64,000 nt of DNA from Octopus vulgaris (GCA_951406725.2 OX597824.1:23746001-23810000); one strand, 5' to 3'; positions 14,300 to 30,370 are shown, counted from the stretch's first letter. Numbers and translations are program-made. Notes: a model not told the origin generated them from the letters alone.

Positions 14300-14653
14300 A
14301 TATGTATGTACGTATGTATGTATGTGTCTATGTATGTATGTATGCGTCTTGTGTGTGTTTGCGTGTATATGTGTGTGTGCCAGTATAATAGTACAATAGT
14401 ACTTATATGTACACATATACACTTATATGTGTACATATAAGTGTATAGCCATGTAAATGTATGTGTAGATATATATATATGTATGCATATGTATGTACGT
14501 ATGTATGTATGTCTCTATGTATGTATGCGCTTTGTGTGTGTGTGTGTGTTTGTGTGTGTGTATGTGTGTGTATGTGTGTACCAGTACACTTCTTATACAC
14601 AGTCCGTTTGTGATGAGATCTTTTAAGGATGCTTCTTGAGAATTATATATTAT

Positions 14654-14693
<40 letters not shown>

Positions 14694-14701
14694 TACACAC
14701 C

Positions 14702-14739
<38 letters not shown>

Positions 14740-15310
14740 GAAGTCTTATCAAAACGGGATATTCCACATGTAGTTTTGTTTGTATGTATTTAATATAGAA
14801 CAGGCAAACAATAGTTCCCTGTGCTCTTTTTTTAATTCTTAACTACTATAAATCATTGTTTTTCGTTTGCCATGCGAAGCACGTTGGTAATTTTGATATT
14901 TGGCTCTCATCCCATCACGAAAGCAAATTGCTTAGCGAGCGTTGACCTAGTGGGTCGCTCAACCTGCTAAGAATAACAACCAAAAAATCCTTTCGTATCA
15001 GACCCTTTTTTGCATTGAAAAAGCGTAAGAATTCGTGAGAAAAAAATGCTTTTAGTCAAGAGGAAAAAGTAGCGTATATGTGGTCGGAGGTATGCTTCGC
15101 TCGATTTAGAATCTCAAATTGGCCCCATGAATACTTTTAGTAAGATTCACCCTGTCGTAAACGTTCGATCTAGATCGATAATTTTTAAAGATAACTTCAT
15201 CTCATAAGTCACTGTTTTCTTGATATATTATCACAGCAAATACGTAACTCTATGAATATAAAACCCAGGTGATTTCACTCAATAAATATATTTTTAAAAA
15301 ATATATTGAA

Positions 15311-15821
15311 CTAGCAGTATCGCCCGGCGTTGCTCGGGTTTGTAAGGGAAATAACTATATAAGCATTTTTAGAGAGTTACTTCCCTTATAGATGCCAATT
15401 CGGGCTTTCTTAGCCATTTCTGTTTTGGTGTCTTCAAGCCATGAAGACGTTGTTCTGAAAGAACGCTGGTCTCCTTGACAACGCACTACGACGTTGATTT
15501 CTTTACACTCCCTTCCCCACAGTTTCACGAGGGAGGGAAGGGGGAGAAGCAAACAGGTGCAGCTGTGAGCGTGGACGCCAACTCCGCCGCCATCGACACA
15601 CGAAAAATTATGCATTAAAATGGAATAAAAAATGATGTTAAATTATTTTTTAAAATCGTAGACTCATCGTTGACGCGCGCTAATAGCCAGACGGGCTCGA
15701 TATGAATCACGACTATAAGATACCTGAATTTGGTTAAACTGCACCGCAAAATGTGGGAGTAGTTAGGAATCTAAATCGAAGGGGACAGACACTCACAGAA
15801 CTACAGTTTTATATATATAGA
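15311..15821 (-). mobile_element. Non-autonomous Helitron
   Basis: The minus strand starts a|TCTATATATATAAAA and ends with hairpin CCCG-AGCAACGC-CGGG then ...TGCTAG|t. AT target, no TSD. Near-identical to 45644-46148. Confidence 0.85.
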
Positions 15822-16039
15822 TTATAGGAAGTTAATAATTGACGAATAATGGAGCCAGAATTACAAGAGCAGAGCATCGTGGGAACACGGTCACTTAGAA
15901 ACGTAAAATCTTCAATAAATTCTTTAATAATTTCAATATAACTCCATTTCATAAATCACTGTTTTCTTGATTTTTGTTGTGTCTAAGGAGTTGTTAAAGT
16001 GTCTGTAGCAGGCATTTTTCTATTTATTTCTGTTCGTTA

Positions 16040-16690
16040 TTTTTCTTTTAACTCAGGCTTTGTTGGAACTCCTGGACACTTGCATCCGTAGCGAACTTCC
16101 AACAAACATCCTACGCTACCATGCTATCAGTTCGTGGAGGCGCAATGGCCCAGTGGTTAGGGCAGCGGACTCGCGGTCATAGGATCGCGGTTTCGATTCC
16201 CAGACCGGGCGTTGTGAGTGTTTATTGAGCGAAAACACCTAAAGCTCCACGATGCTCCGGCAGGGGATGGTGGTGATCCCTGCTGTACTCTTTCACCACA
16301 ACTTTCCCTCACTCTTACTTCCTGTTTCTGTTGTACCTGTATTTCAAAGGGCCGGCCTTGTCACTCTCTGTGTCACGCTGAATATCCCCGAGAACTACGT
16401 TAAGGGCACACGTGTCTGTGGAGTACTCAGCCACTTACACGTTAATTTCACGAGCAGGCTGTTCCGTTGATTCGGATCAACCGGAACCCTCGTCGTCGTA
16501 ACCGACGGAGTGTCTAAGATGAGAAGAGCTATCAGTTCTTTTCAACTATATAACACGTTCCTGCTTATTCTGGTCGTGCCAAGGGCGCAAACCATTTTTG
16601 TAACAGCTCTGCAGGGCACTTTATTCCCTTTTCCTTTATATTCCTTTCAGTGTCTTGATACTCTCACCAAGGATCTAACAAATAATTGGC
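16040..16690 (-). mobile_element. Dong-like family 3, 3' end, interrupted by a SINE
   Basis: Homologous to 17652-17940 (TATTCTGGTCGTGCCAAGG; ACCATGCTATC). Confidence 0.65.
16134..16527 (+). mobile_element. SINE family C (tRNA-Arg-like head; resembles octopus OR-type SINEs), full length with 11-bp TSD
   Basis: A box TGGCCCAGTGG and B-like box GTTTCGATTCC. TSD GCTATCAGTTC at 16123-16133 and 16528-16538. Confidence 0.9.
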
Positions 16691-16946
16691 ACGTTGACCC
16701 GAGTGAACGGACCTACTCTAAGCATGCGGTTCTAGATCAAGGGTTGACAAAGAGGGGTTGGCAATTACCCTAGCAGTCAGAGTGGTTGTAGTTTTTGTGA
16801 GGGTTCCGCGGGTAGCTCTTGGAAGTTTCCCTCTTTCGGGGACATCTTTGTTTATCTTTATTTACACGTTCAATCCCACTTTTTTTGTATTGTCCTGTAC
16901 TGTCCACAATCTTTTGTACGAAACCTCTGTCGTTAATAAAGAAAAG

Positions 16947-17970
<1,024 letters not shown>

Positions 17971-18199
17971 CTTCTTCTTCTTCTTCTTCTTCTTCTTCTT
18001 CTACTACTACTACTATTACTACTACTACTACTTCTGCTTCCTCTTCTTCTTCTTCTTCTTCTTCTTCTTCTTCTTCTTCTTCTTCTTCTCCTCCTCCTCC
18101 TCCTCCTCCTCCTCCTCCTCCTCCTCTTCCTCCTTCTTCTTCTTCTTCTTCTTCTCCTTCTCCTCCCTCTTCTTCTTCTTCTTCTTCTTATTATTATTA

Positions 18200-18247
<48 letters not shown>

Positions 18248-18280
18248 TTATTATTTTTATTTTTATTATTATTATTATTT

Positions 18281-18353
<73 letters not shown>

Positions 18354-18490
18354 CTAACGTGTTATGGAACTTTCCTGGAGAATTGAATTAGTCCCCCTTT
18401 GGGGGTTGTTTTATTAAAAGGGCCCCAACATGAAGGTTATAACCAATATCGAGAAAGAAAGACAGAAAGAAACAAACAAACAAACAAACA

Positions 18491-18522
<32 letters not shown>

Positions 18523-18536
18523 AAAGAAAGAAAGAC

Positions 18537-18599
<63 letters not shown>

Positions 18600-19108
18600 A
18601 AAGCCTGGATCTCAGTAGGTGATCGGTACTTTATTTTTTTTTTACTCCGAAAGAATGAAAGGCAAAAAATTGACTTCAGAGAGTTTTGAACTCGGAGAGC
18701 CAGAATACATACGGCCAAGCATTTTTCCCTTCGCTCCAATAACCCTGCCAGTTTGTTATCTGTAAGAAGATATGTGACAATTTATAGAATAGATACCATG
18801 ATGTAATACAGCTTACTGCCGCAGACGATACACCAATGATCTGTGTATATGAAGGGATGAGTCATCTGAATGTGTATTAGACCATGCAACGATAACAAAA
18901 GCTAAAGGGACAGCAACAGGCTTAAAAGTCGACTTGCAAGAAATAATAGCTAAATCTCTCTCAAATCATACTTTAAGAGTATGATTATATATACATTGCA
19001 TAACATAGTCTTGAATGAATCTTTCAATGAATGAACGAATGGATGAATGGACGAATGAATGAATGTACCCATTTCATGGCGGGTGGATGCATGCCTCCAT
19101 CATAAATA

Positions 19109-19324
19109 TCTATTTCTTTACTACCCACAAGGGGCTAAACACAGAGAGGACAAACAAGGACAGGCAAACGAACCCCAGTGCGTAACTGGTACTTAATTTA
19201 TCGACCCCGAAAGGATGAAAGGCAAAGTCGACCTCGGCGGAATTTGAACTCAGAACGTAACGGCAGACGAAATACGGCTACGCATTTCGCCCGGCGTGCT
19301 AACGTTTCTGCCAGCTCGCCGCCT
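19109..19324 (-). mobile_element. SINE family B (central domain resembling the MetaSINE/Sauria-SINE core)
   Basis: Reverse complement of GGCGGCGAGCTGGCAGAAACG...GTCGACTTTGCCTTTCATCCTTTCGGGGTCGATAAATTAAGTACCAG...AAAGAAATAG. Confidence 0.85.
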
Positions 19325-19329
19325 TCTCG

Positions 19330-19720
19330 AGTGTTTACCATTTATCTTTCCTTCTTTGTAAGTCTTTATATACTTTCTGATCTTGTTATGTGAGCAAAGT
19401 ACTTTCGCTTCCTATTTTAAATACTTAAGAATAATGACCATTTTTGTATCTAGTAGTTGTAGCACTTCATCACCTTTGTCTCTTTTCCAAAATATTAACG
19501 TTCTTCTCTACGTCTTCATTTCAAAAGCTTCTAGTTTGTGAAACCGAGTTTTCATTAATATCCTCTACAATAAGTCCCGTTCAGCCCTTGGTAATATCAA
19601 ACCAGTTTGTTCTAGGTCTTCCTCTCTAGCGTTTACCATTTATCTTTCTTTCTGATAATAACCTGTGTATACCTCGAGTTCTTACTATGTGACCAACATC
19701 CTTCAACATGATTTTATTTA
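19330..19720 (-). pseudogene. RTE-clade LINE C-terminal relics (rearranged)
   Basis: The minus strand gives VGHIVRTRGIHRLLSERKINGKR*RGRPRTNWFDI and LEAFEM, both typical of RTE ORF ends. Confidence 0.6.
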
Positions 19721-19894
19721 TTTATTTATTCATTTATTTTCGTAGCTGAGATTTATAATCATTTTCATATTTCCTAGTTGTTGAATTCTTCTTAAAGACT
19801 GTCGTATCTATGTATATATATATATGTATGTACGTATATGTATGTATGTATGTATATGTATATATATATGTATGTATTTATATATGTATATATA

Positions 19895-20749
<855 letters not shown>

Positions 20750-20750
<1 letters not shown>

Positions 20751-21380
20751 GGATGTGAAGATGAAGGTGATGACGGCGATGATTATGATGGTGATGCTGA
20801 TGCGAGGTGGAAGAATGACAGTGATCGAAATGGGGGGTTGTAATGTTGATGGTGGTGATGGTGCTGGTGCTTATGGCGGTGATGATGGGGATAGTGATAG
20901 TAGTAGTGGTAGTGATGGGAATGATGGTGGTGGTGGTGGTAAGGATGAGAATGATGATGGTGGTGGAGGTGGTGGTGCAGAAGGCAGCAGCAGTGATCGA
21001 ATGCTGGCGAGGACGGTAGACATGGTGACGGCAGTGATTGAAATGGTGGTGGTGGTGGTGGTGGTGGTAAAATTGGTGAACATGATATGCAGGTGGTGGT
21101 CGTACTGGTGATGGTGATGATGGCGGCATGGACGATAGAGGTGGTGGTGGTAGTATGGTGTTGGTGATTGTGGTGGTGAATGTGATGGTTGTGGTGATGG
21201 TGGTGATGGTGGTTGTGGTGGTGATCGTCGTCGTCGTGTTGGTGGTGGTAGTGATGGTGGTGGTGGTAGTAGTGGTGGTAGTGGGGCTGGTGGTGGTGGT
21301 AGTGGTGGGTGTGATGGTGATGGTGGTGATGGTGGTGGTGGTGGTGGTGACGGCGGTGGTGGTGGTGGTAGTGGTGGAAT
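20750..21380. repeat. (GGT/GAT)n low-complexity tract (a second block at ~21740-21905)
   Basis: Directly visible. Confidence 0.9.
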
Positions 21381-22176
21381 CTATGGGCTAGAAGACTAAA
21401 AAGTTGTAAACACGACCTGAATTCTTGTAAGGTTGACGCTTGTTTGTCAGAACGAGGATCAAAGGCAACACAGTCAGTGCCGCCGCCGCCGCACCAGCCG
21501 CCGCCGCAGCCACCGCCGTACCAGCCGCCGCCGCAGCCACCGCCGCCGCCGCCATCTTGATGCATTACATTGCATTACACTGCACATTGGTGTAAACAAT
21601 GACTCAACCTTGCACATACCGACAGATGTCACTAGAGTCTGTGTGAGGTGTGGTATGGCGGCGTGACAGGGATGGGGGCGTGGTGGTGGTGCGTGCCAAT
21701 AATGATGGAACGTGTGCGTGTGTGGGGGTGCGTTATGATGACGTTGATGGTGGTGGTGGTGGTGGTGGTGGTGGTGGTGGTGGTGGTGGTGGTGGTGGTG
21801 GTGGTGATGGTGGTGGTGGTGGTGGTGGTGGTGGTGGTGGTGGTGATGGTGGTGATGGTGGTGATGGTGGTGGTGGTGATGGTGGTGGTGATGGTGGTGG
21901 TGGTGGGATTAGTGGTGTTTGTGTAGGTGATAGTTGTGGGAGTGTGTGTACGCGTGTGTGGATGAGTGTAGTGTATGTGTGGCTGCGTGTGTGTTAGTGT
22001 ATGTGTATCCATACGTGCGTGTGTGTGTGTTTGCATGTGTGTGTGTATGCGTGTGTGGTTATGACGAAGTTGTTGTTGTTGGTGGTGGTGGTGATGGTGG
22101 TGGGATTAGTGGTGTTTGTAGAGGCGGTAGTTGTGGGAGTGTGTGGGAATGTATGTGTATATATGAGTGTGTGAGT

Positions 22177-22218
<42 letters not shown>

Positions 22219-22947
22219 GTGTGTATGTGAGTGTGCTTGTGGTTATAATGAAGTTGATTGTGGTTGTGATGCTGGTGGGATTAATGTTGTTTGTGGAGAT
22301 GGTAGTCGTGTGTGTGTGTGTGTGTATGTATATGTGTAAGTGCGTGCGTGTATAAGTGTGTGTATGTACATGTGTATGTGCGGGTGGTGGGGCGGTGATG
22401 GCTTTTGTGGGAGTGGTGGTGGTTGTTGCCTGGGCGTGCATGTACTTGCGTGCGTATGAGTGACAGCGTGTTCGTGAGTGTGTGTGTCCATGTATGTCCG
22501 TGAAGGACCGTGTGCGAGTGTGCGTATGTATTTAGATGTGTATTTACGTGTGTGCGTGTGTGTGTGTGTGTGTGTGAGCTCGTGTATGTGTGAGTGTGTG
22601 TGACGAAATATTGAGCACATACTCATTGCTGTTGTTTAACCCAAGGTCAGTCCTCTGAAGCCAGGATTCAAGACGTTCTAGAGATGACCTTCACATCTTT
22701 GTAATGTTATCTTTATTGAGCTGTGCCCATGCTGGGGCACCACATTGGAGGGTTTTAGCTCGGCAAATCGCCCCCCCCCCGTGCTAATTTTTAAAGTCTT
22801 GTTCTTACCGTTTCCTTCCTTTATGTTGAATCGCTAAGTGACGGGGACATAAACAAACCAACGCCGGCTGACCAAGTGGTAAGAGAAAAAAATAGACACA
22901 GAAAGACACATACACACATATGTATACACACAATCATAAATATGTAT

Positions 22948-23358
22948 ACTCTTTACTCTTTTACTTGTTTCAGTCATTTGACTGTGGCCGTGCTGAAGCA
23001 CCACCTTTAGTCGAGCAAATCGACCCCAGGTATTATTCTTTGTAAGCCTAGTACATATTCTATCGGTCTCTTTTGCCGAACCGCTACGTTACGGGGACGT
23101 AAACAAACTAGCATCGGTTGTCAAGCGATGTTGGGGGGGGGGACAAACACAGAGACACAAACATACACACACATACATATATACATCTATATATACATAT
23201 ATACGACGGGCTTCTTTCAGTTTCCATCTACCAAATCCACTCACAAGGCTTGGGCCGACCTGAGGCTATAGCAGAAGACACTTGTCCAAGGTGTTACGCA
23301 GTGGGACTGAACCCGGAACCATGTGGTTGGTAAGCAAGCCACTTACCACACAGCCACT
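22948..23358 (-). mobile_element. SINE family A, near full length
   Basis: Reverse complement of the 33123-33530 copy. Confidence 0.9.
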
Positions 23359-23954
23359 ATGTATATAAAATTTGATTTAATAATCGAACGAATAGACCAT
23401 AATAGAAGAAACATGCCCTACGCAGTGGAACTGAACCCGTAATCAAATGAGTGCTAAGCCTAAACAAAAAAAATAACAAGACTTTAAAAAATATGCTTTT
23501 AATGTTCTTAAATTAAGTGAAGTTCATTTCTGACAATTATCGACCCTGTTAATCATAACATAATGTTCATTTAAATTTTTCGTGTTTAAACTTGTATCAT
23601 TAGAAATTATAATATATACTCTCATCTCATTCATATATAGTTTAAAACGTGATTAAAAAACAGACACAGAAATAATTAATGATTAATTAAGATAATCTTT
23701 CCTTTACATTAAATGGCGCCATTTTTGTTTGTGTGGTATCTCTTATCAATTTTTATATCCTTTTTTCTTTTCTTTTTTTATTTCAGTCAATGGATTGCGG
23801 CGACTCTGGCGCAACGGCTTGAAAGAATTAGAAGAACAAATCGACACCAGAACTTAATTTGTTTTCTAGGCTGTTAGTTATTCTATCAGATTCGGTCTAC
23901 CGAACGGCTAAGTCCAGATGTTTAAGCAAATCAACACTGATTGTGAGTATATAT

Positions 23955-23996
<42 letters not shown>

Positions 23997-24069
23997 GTGC
24001 GTCTAAGTGTGGATATGTATATACATATAATTATACACAGCACAGGCAGATGCGCAGACACACACACAG

Positions 24070-24279
<210 letters not shown>

Positions 24280-24571
24280 GTACACCTATATTCATTTCCT
24301 CTTCCCATTCATACATAGATTAAAACGTGATTGAAACAAAAATCGGAAATAATTAACGCCTAATTAAAATAACCCTGTCTTTAAATTAATTGACGCCATT
24401 TATATTTCTGTTAATATAATATCTATTTTAATTCCTTTATCTATTTAATAGATGTACCTGCAAATATGTGAACGTGTGTGTGTATGTGTGTGGCGGGGTG
24501 AACTGCACGTAAATAACATAACAAATATAATCGTGATTCTTGATACAAATATAGTCGTGATTCTCGATACA

Positions 24572-25025
<454 letters not shown>

Positions 25026-25539
25026 AGGATATGTATGTATATGTGTGTATGCATGTATGTAGGAATCTATGCATGTATCTGTATTTGCATATATGTATGC
25101 ATGTGCGTGTATGCATGTATGTATGTATGTATGTTTGTATGCATGTATATATGTGTGTATGCATGTGTGTATACATGAATGTATGTTTGCATGTATGTAT
25201 GTGTTTTTGATTGCACGTATGTATGCATATATGTAGTGTATGCATGCATATATATATGCATGTATGTATATGTATGTATATATGTGTGTGTATGTGTATG
25301 TGTATGTATGTGTGTATGTGTTTGTAAATCAGTGTCAGTCATTAATTCGTTTCATCCCTGGATTGTTGCCATGCTAGAGCACTGTCTTGGGAGGTTTAAT
25401 TAAACAAATCGCTCCCCCCCCCAAATAATTGCAGTATTCTGTCGGTGTCTTTCGCCAAACCGCTAAGTTACGAGAACGTAAACAAACCAACACCAGTTGT
25501 CAAACACACATATACATGCTTACACTCATATACATACAT

Positions 25540-25635
<96 letters not shown>

Positions 25636-25678
25636 ATATATATATATATATATTATGTATATATATATATTATGTATA

Positions 25679-25740
<62 letters not shown>

Positions 25741-26144
25741 TATATCCGACGATTGCTGTTGTTATTCTGCCTCCTGGTGATGTCTTCTTCTTCTTCTTCT
25801 TCTTCTTCTTCTTCTTCTTCTTCTTCTTCTTCTTCTTCTTCTTCTTCTTCTTCTTCCAATCAGGACTCTCGCCATTAGCCACAAAGAATAATCTCTAATT
25901 CGAGCCTACTCTAAGCTACTAAGAATGCGTGTGGCAACTTGAAGATCCACCCACCACATGCGATAGACTGGCGGTTGCACGGGCGCGAAAGCTACGTTGT
26001 TATCCTCATTCCGTGAACGGTGACTTTTAACGGGTGGAGAGCTGAACCATCCTGGGGTACAGAGGATTTGCAATCTAGACTAGGGTCTGAAAGTTTTACC
26101 ACACCATAGTGGGTTACATCATGGTTCCACTGCTTTGTGGCAGA

Positions 26145-26480
26145 AGTAGGAAGAAAGAGTGAGAGAAAGTTGTGGTGAAAGAGTACAGCGGGGTTCATCC
26201 CCCCAACTCGACGGAGCCTCGTGGAGTTTAGGTGCTTTTGCTCAATAAACACTCATCATTAGCAAACAGCATTGTAGTAAAAATATAAACTGACAATTGG
26301 GTATATCAAATCTACCCGTTTAACTACGGATTTTAGCAAACAAACAAAAAAATAGTAAACAGAAAAAAAATGTTGATTCTACTCAAATACATAAAGTGCA
26401 GTTACCAGTCTGGGAATCGAAACCGCGGTCTTACGACCGCAAGTCCGCTGCCCTAACCACTGGTCCATTGCGTCTCCACT
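26145..26480 (-). mobile_element. SINE family C fragments (head 26406-26480, body 26145-26256)
   Basis: Matches the 16134 copy; split by an A-rich insert. Confidence 0.7.
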
Positions 26481-26629
26481 GCTGTTGCTGTTGTTGCTGC
26501 CACAGTTGTTGCTGTTGTTGTTTCTGTTGTTTATTCAGCTCAACGCAGCATCTTTATGACTGCCATGTTTAATGAAAAAAAAAAACAACAAACAAAAAAC
26601 AAAAACAAAAAAGAAGAAAACTGTTTGAT

Positions 26630-27965
26630 CTCCCTCCTGCCATTCTTCACCTTCCGAATTCCTCTACCTTCCCCTCCTTTCTCATTCCTCTGTTACTACC
26701 CGTCCCTATCCTTTCACTATTCCTCTCTCACTCTCCATATCTTCCCCCATCACAGTCAGACCTTCTCTCTCTCTCTCTCTCTTTCTCTCTCCCATTGTCT
26801 CTCTGCTTCTTGGTCTTTTCATCACACTGTGCCTTCTCTCTCTCTTTCTCCTCTCACTCGCTCGCTCTCTCTCACTCTCTCCTTCCTCTCTCGCTCTCTC
26901 TCACTCTCTCCTTCCTCTCTCCCTCCCTCTATATATATCTTTCTATATTTTACTTTTCTTACATTCTCCCAGCCTTCTCTTTGTCTCTCTCTGTTCTTCT
27001 TTTTCTTCCTTCTCCCCTTACACCCATACCCTGCTTCTACACCCACTCTCCTTCCCTCTTTCCACCTCCCTTTCACCTCTTTCTTCCTATTTCCCTCTTT
27101 CCATCTCCCTCCCCCTCTTTCTCTTTATGCAACTCTTACCTTCTTTCTCTCTTCCCCTCCACTTATTCCCCCTCTCTCTCTCCTCTTTCTCTCTTTTTCT
27201 CTTCCATTTCTGTCTCTCTTTCTCTTCATCTTTCTCATCTTTCAATCGCTCTTTCTTTCATTGTCCTTCTTTCTCTCTTTCTCCCCTCCCATCTCTCTCC
27301 TTCTCTTTCTCTTATGTCTCCTCTCTCTCTCTCTCCTCTTTCTCTCTTTCTCTCTTCCTTTTCTCTCTCTCTTTTACTTCGTCTTTCTCATCTTTTAATC
27401 ACCCTTTCTTTCATTTTCCTTCTTTTTCTTTTCTCTTTTTCTCTTTCTCCCCTCCCATCTCTCTCTTTCTCTTTCTCTTATGCCTCCTCTCACTCTCCTC
27501 TTTCTCTCTTTCTCTCTTCCTTTTCTCTGTCTCTCTTTCACTTCGTCTTTCTCATCTTTTAATCACCCTTTCTTTCATTTTCCTTCTTTCTCTTTTCTCT
27601 TTTTCTCTTTCTCCCCTCCCATCTCTCTCCTTCTCTTTCTCTTATGCCTCCTCTCTCCTCTTTCTCTCTTTCTCTCTTCCCTTTCTCTGTCTCTCTTTTC
27701 GTCCTTCTCTTTCAATCGCTCTTTCATTTATTTTCCTTCTTTCTCTTTTCTCTTTCTCACTTTCTCCCCTCCCATCTCTCTCCTTCTCTTTCTCTTATGC
27801 CTCCTCTCTCCTCTTTCTCTCTTTCTCTCTTCCCTTTCTCTGTCTCTCTTTTCGTCCTTCTCTTTCAATCGCTCTTTCATTTATTTTCTTTCTTTCTTTC
27901 TCCCCTCCCATCTCTTTCTCTTTCTGTTATTCTCTCTCTCTCACTCTCTCTCTTCTCTTCTCTTA
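26630..27965. repeat. ~1.3-kb polypyrimidine/polypurine tract with degenerate ~120-140-bp tandem units
   Basis: CT-rich; TTCTCCCCTCCCATCTCTC and CTTATG(T/C)CTCCTCTC recur between 27280 and 27915. Confidence 0.9.
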
Positions 27966-29199
27966 CTACCCTGTCCTATATTTCACAATATCATACATTC
28001 CACAACAAAATCTTCATAAATCATAAATTTGATAAACAAACACATACTTAGAAGCAAAACGTAATCAACATCAACGAACAAATCATTTAATATTCTCTTT
28101 GAAAAACCAATGGTGAACGCCGTAAAGTAGGGTTTAGGAAAAAAGCGTGTTAACACCTAAAGCAAATTACAAACGCACAAGAACCTTTGGTTGCACATCT
28201 GTGCTAACAAAAATAATGAATCTTTAATTTTACAAATGCATAAGTATGCAACTTAAAATAAATTACTATTTTGATCGTAGGACTTAAAAGGTTTTATTAC
28301 TTTCATGGGTTGTTAGCGACTTCGTTCGGAGGTGTTTCCAACTTTCAATGTGGGAATTATTTTACCTGAGGGCATGAGTTTTGTTTACTCTTATCGAACA
28401 TCAAAACAGAGATAACCACCGAGTCAACGAGAGAGTCATATCAGTCAAAGTAAGGAGCCTCCACGTAAATGGCTACCTGTCCGTTCACTCACCTGATTGA
28501 TTCGCCTAGGAGAAACAGAAGCCAAATCTCCCTCAAATTATACAGAAATGGCTCGAAAAATAAAAGGAGAAAAGCTCATATGATAATGTGTCGATAACTC
28601 CTAATAAATACAAAATGGACCCAGCAGGAATCCCTTTGGGCGTACGTTTCTTCAATCAGGCTTGGTTTCGGGTCTATAAGATAAAAAGAAGCATGTACAA
28701 TATCTATTTTCCCGAACCCTTGGTTTCAAATATTTTTTCGGATTACTGACTTTTTCCGAACCAGACGTAGCTATCTTGGTTAACACATTTCAAATTATAC
28801 AAATATAAAAAATTTACTTAAATACTTAAATGAAATACGAGTAACTGTACGTTAGTATAAAGGATGCACGTTTATTAATAATGTACTGTACGAGGTTCCT
28901 GTAAATTAGACTGGTAGCTATGAGAATTTGGTGAAGTTCTTGCTTGTAAATCAGTGCATATGATTAGAGGTTCTGGAGCATCATTGCTTGGAAAGTGTCA
29001 GTGTTGTGCTTTATATACCTACACACACGTATATATATTCAGGTGCAACATTGATTTTGCTGAACTTTTGGTTCAAACCATCCTGCATTACTGAGTCTTC
29101 CAAAGCAAGCAACGTCAAACTCTAAATTAAACAAATATTTAACTTACTTAAATAACAAAATGAAACAGTTAATCTATACATTATCATAAATGATACGAG

Positions 29200-29789
29200 T
29201 TTATTGATACCTATTTCTTTACTACCCACAAGGGGCTACACACAGAGGGGACAAACAAGGACAGACATAGGTATTAAGTCGATTACATCGACCCCAGTGC
29301 GTAACTGGTACTTAATTTATCTACCCCGAAAGGATGAAAGGCAAAGTCGACCTCGGCGGAATTTGAACTCAGAACTAAATACCTATTTCTTTATTACCCA
29401 CAAGGGGCTAAACATAGAGGGGACAAACAAGGACAGACAAACGGATTAAGTCGATTATAACGACCCCAGTGCGTAACTGGTACTTATTTAATCGACCCCG
29501 AAAGGATGAAAGGCAAAGTCGACCTCGACAAACGAAATACCTATTTCTTTATTACCCACAAGGGGCTAAACATAGAGGGGACAAACAAGGACAGACATAG
29601 GTATTAAGTCGATTACATCGACCCCAGTGCGTAACTGGTACTTAATTTATCTACCCCGAAAGGATGAAAGGCAATGTCGACCTCGGCGGAATTTGAACTC
29701 AGAACGTAGCGACAGACGAAATACCGCTAAGCATTTCGCCCGATGTGCTAACGCTTCTGCCAGCTCACCGCCTTAATTTTATTGATACC
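29200..29789 (-). mobile_element. SINE family B trimer (one head, three bodies) within one 12-bp TSD
   Basis: TSD TTTATTGATACC at 29200-29211 and 29778-29789; three ACCCACAAGGGGCT...GTCGACCTCG units. Confidence 0.9.
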
Positions 29790-30057
29790 GTACTGTGATG
29801 TGGGGAGAGGATTAAGTCTTTGCAAGCTAACAGTCAACTGATCTGGAAGCTACCGAAATTTGAAGTTTTTACTCGTAACCAACAATGTCCGAAAAAGTCG
29901 AAGTTGTGCCTTTAACAACATCAACAGTAGCAGCACAAATATAATATATTTTCGACCAGTGCACGCAACAATATGGTCTCAACACGTCATTGTAAACATG
30001 TCATTACAAGCAGCATTTTCATGCATCCATCATTTGCAAGAGGTTATGGGTTGGTAG

Positions 30058-30370
30058 AAGGCGCATGGCTCAGTAGCTAGAGCGTTAGGCTCACAATCAT
30101 GAGGTAGTGGGTTCGATTCCCGGACCAGGCTGTGTGCGTTGTGTTCTTGAGCAAGACACTTTATTTCACGTTGCTCCAGTTCATTCATCACTGGTTCCAA
30201 GATGTACTGGCCTTTGTCGTTCCCTTGGATAACATCGGTGGCGTAGAGAGGGGAGGCTGGTATGCATGGACGACTGCTAGTCTTCCATAAACAACTTAAT
30301 ATGGACTTGTGCTGGAAGGGTCACTTTCTAAGTGCAATCCTATGGTCATCCGTGACCGAAGGAGTCCTTT
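30058..30370 (+). mobile_element. SINE family D (tRNA head, CORE/V-like centre)
   Basis: A box TGGCTCAGTAG, B box GGTTCGATTCC, then TTGTGTTCTTGAGCAAGACACTTT. Confidence 0.7.

Noticed and set aside
16134-16210. tRNA-like sequences (also 30058, 38207, 50700, 59902)
   Set aside because: They continue into shared SINE bodies, two with clear TSDs, so they are SINE heads and not tRNA genes.
20783-21565. 260-aa His/Gly-rich ORF
   Set aside because: Mostly a translation of the (CAC/CAT)n tract, with no independent coding evidence.
26556-28026. Long Leu/Ser/Phe 'membrane-like' ORFs
   Set aside because: They result from the purine-poor tract lacking stop codons.
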